From a virus (Duplodnaviria > Caudoviricetes): a stretch of 64,000 nt of DNA. The DNA lies in IMG/VR virus record IMGVR_UViG_3300025735_000007, positions 32,001-96,000 of that record; one strand, written 5' to 3'. Positions 63,719-64,000 of this stretch are shown here, one piece after another; positions within the stretch are counted from its first letter, which is position 1, and every line of letters starts with the position of its first letter. Under the pieces are notes generated by a model. It saw nothing but the letters and a program-made list of their open reading frames with translations, made no database searches and was not told the origin of the DNA. The position numbers and the translations under genes are program-made.

Positions 63719-64000
63719 ATGAAAAAGTTTTGGGCAATCGTCGCTATCGCCGCAGGTCTTTTCGGGGTTGGTCTGATCATCAACGGCTGCACGCATAACG
63801 ACTATGTGCAGCCGCCTATGGCCGCTCCTGTGCCTGCCGCGGTGGTTGCGCAAGCGCCGGGCGCCGCACCTGTTGTCGGATACGCGCCTCCGCCGGTCAT
63901 CGTGCAGGCCGCGCCGACGCATGACGGCTTTTTCACCGGCATGCTGATGGGACACCTCATGAGCGGCGGCGGCGGTTATCACGCACCTGTCCAGCACAAC
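63719..64000 (+). CDS. Putative lipoprotein (3' partial)
   Basis: MKKFW..hydrophobic..INGC lipobox-like; AAGGA RBS. Confidence 0.55.
   Translation, partial: MKKFWAIVAIAAGLFGVGLIINGCTHNDYVQPPMAAPVPAAVVAQAPGAAPVVGYAPPPVIVQAAPTHDGFFTGMLMGHLMSGGGGYHAPVQHN

Larger units (their letters stand above)
1..64000. mobile_element. Large temperate siphovirus-like phage / phage-plasmid genome segment (SSU5/pHCM2-like gene content), extending beyond both window edges
   Basis: Uninterrupted head-tail-lysis-replication-integration-recombination-RNR modules, nearly all on +; no host housekeeping genes. Confidence 0.92.

Noticed and set aside
1-64000. tRNA/rRNA genes, introns or inteins in dnaE, dnaB, recA or nrdA
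   Set aside because: No cloverleaf or rRNA signature seen by eye; protein lengths and motif spacing leave no room for inteins

Overview
The whole window is one contiguous segment of a large, high-GC, long-tailed (siphovirus-like) temperate phage or phage-plasmid. The host is probably in the Burkholderiaceae, inferred from base composition and from a captured fragment resembling betaproteobacterial aat. The gene set (DnaE, CobS/CobT-like pair, RNR, RecA, SbcCD, ligase, PhoH) resembles SSU5/pHCM2-type elements. Order: scaffold/capsid/neck/tail (1-24.1 kb); lysis (24.2-26.0 kb); PhoH, an Hfq-like gene, DnaB, primase, a WGR-like protein and ligase (26-34 kb); accessory genes, SRAP, an apparently intact attP, tyrosine integrase and XRE repressor (34-39.8 kb); VWA/AAA+ pair, sigma-like factor, DnaE fused to a degenerate UDG domain, T4-like UvsY/gp32/RNase H/RecA/gp47/gp46, RuvC, a PIN-domain insertion and class Ia RNR (39.9-64 kb). 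Main observations: (1) about 24 copies of an 18-bp palindrome TAAGT(C/A)A-N4-T(G/T)ACT(T/A/G)(A/T) at operon starts in every module, often overlapping a -10 box; (2) an attP carrying a replacement 3' end of the host aat gene, flanked by arm-type repeats and an IHF site; (3) a phage Hfq-like gene next to dnaB; (4) the DnaE-UDG fusion; (5) an ORF apparently built from short terminase-, capsid- and tail-tip-like motifs; (6) a -1 frameshift in the tail chaperone, nested spanins and a DnaA-box cluster. All calls come from motif recognition by eye; no database searches were run.
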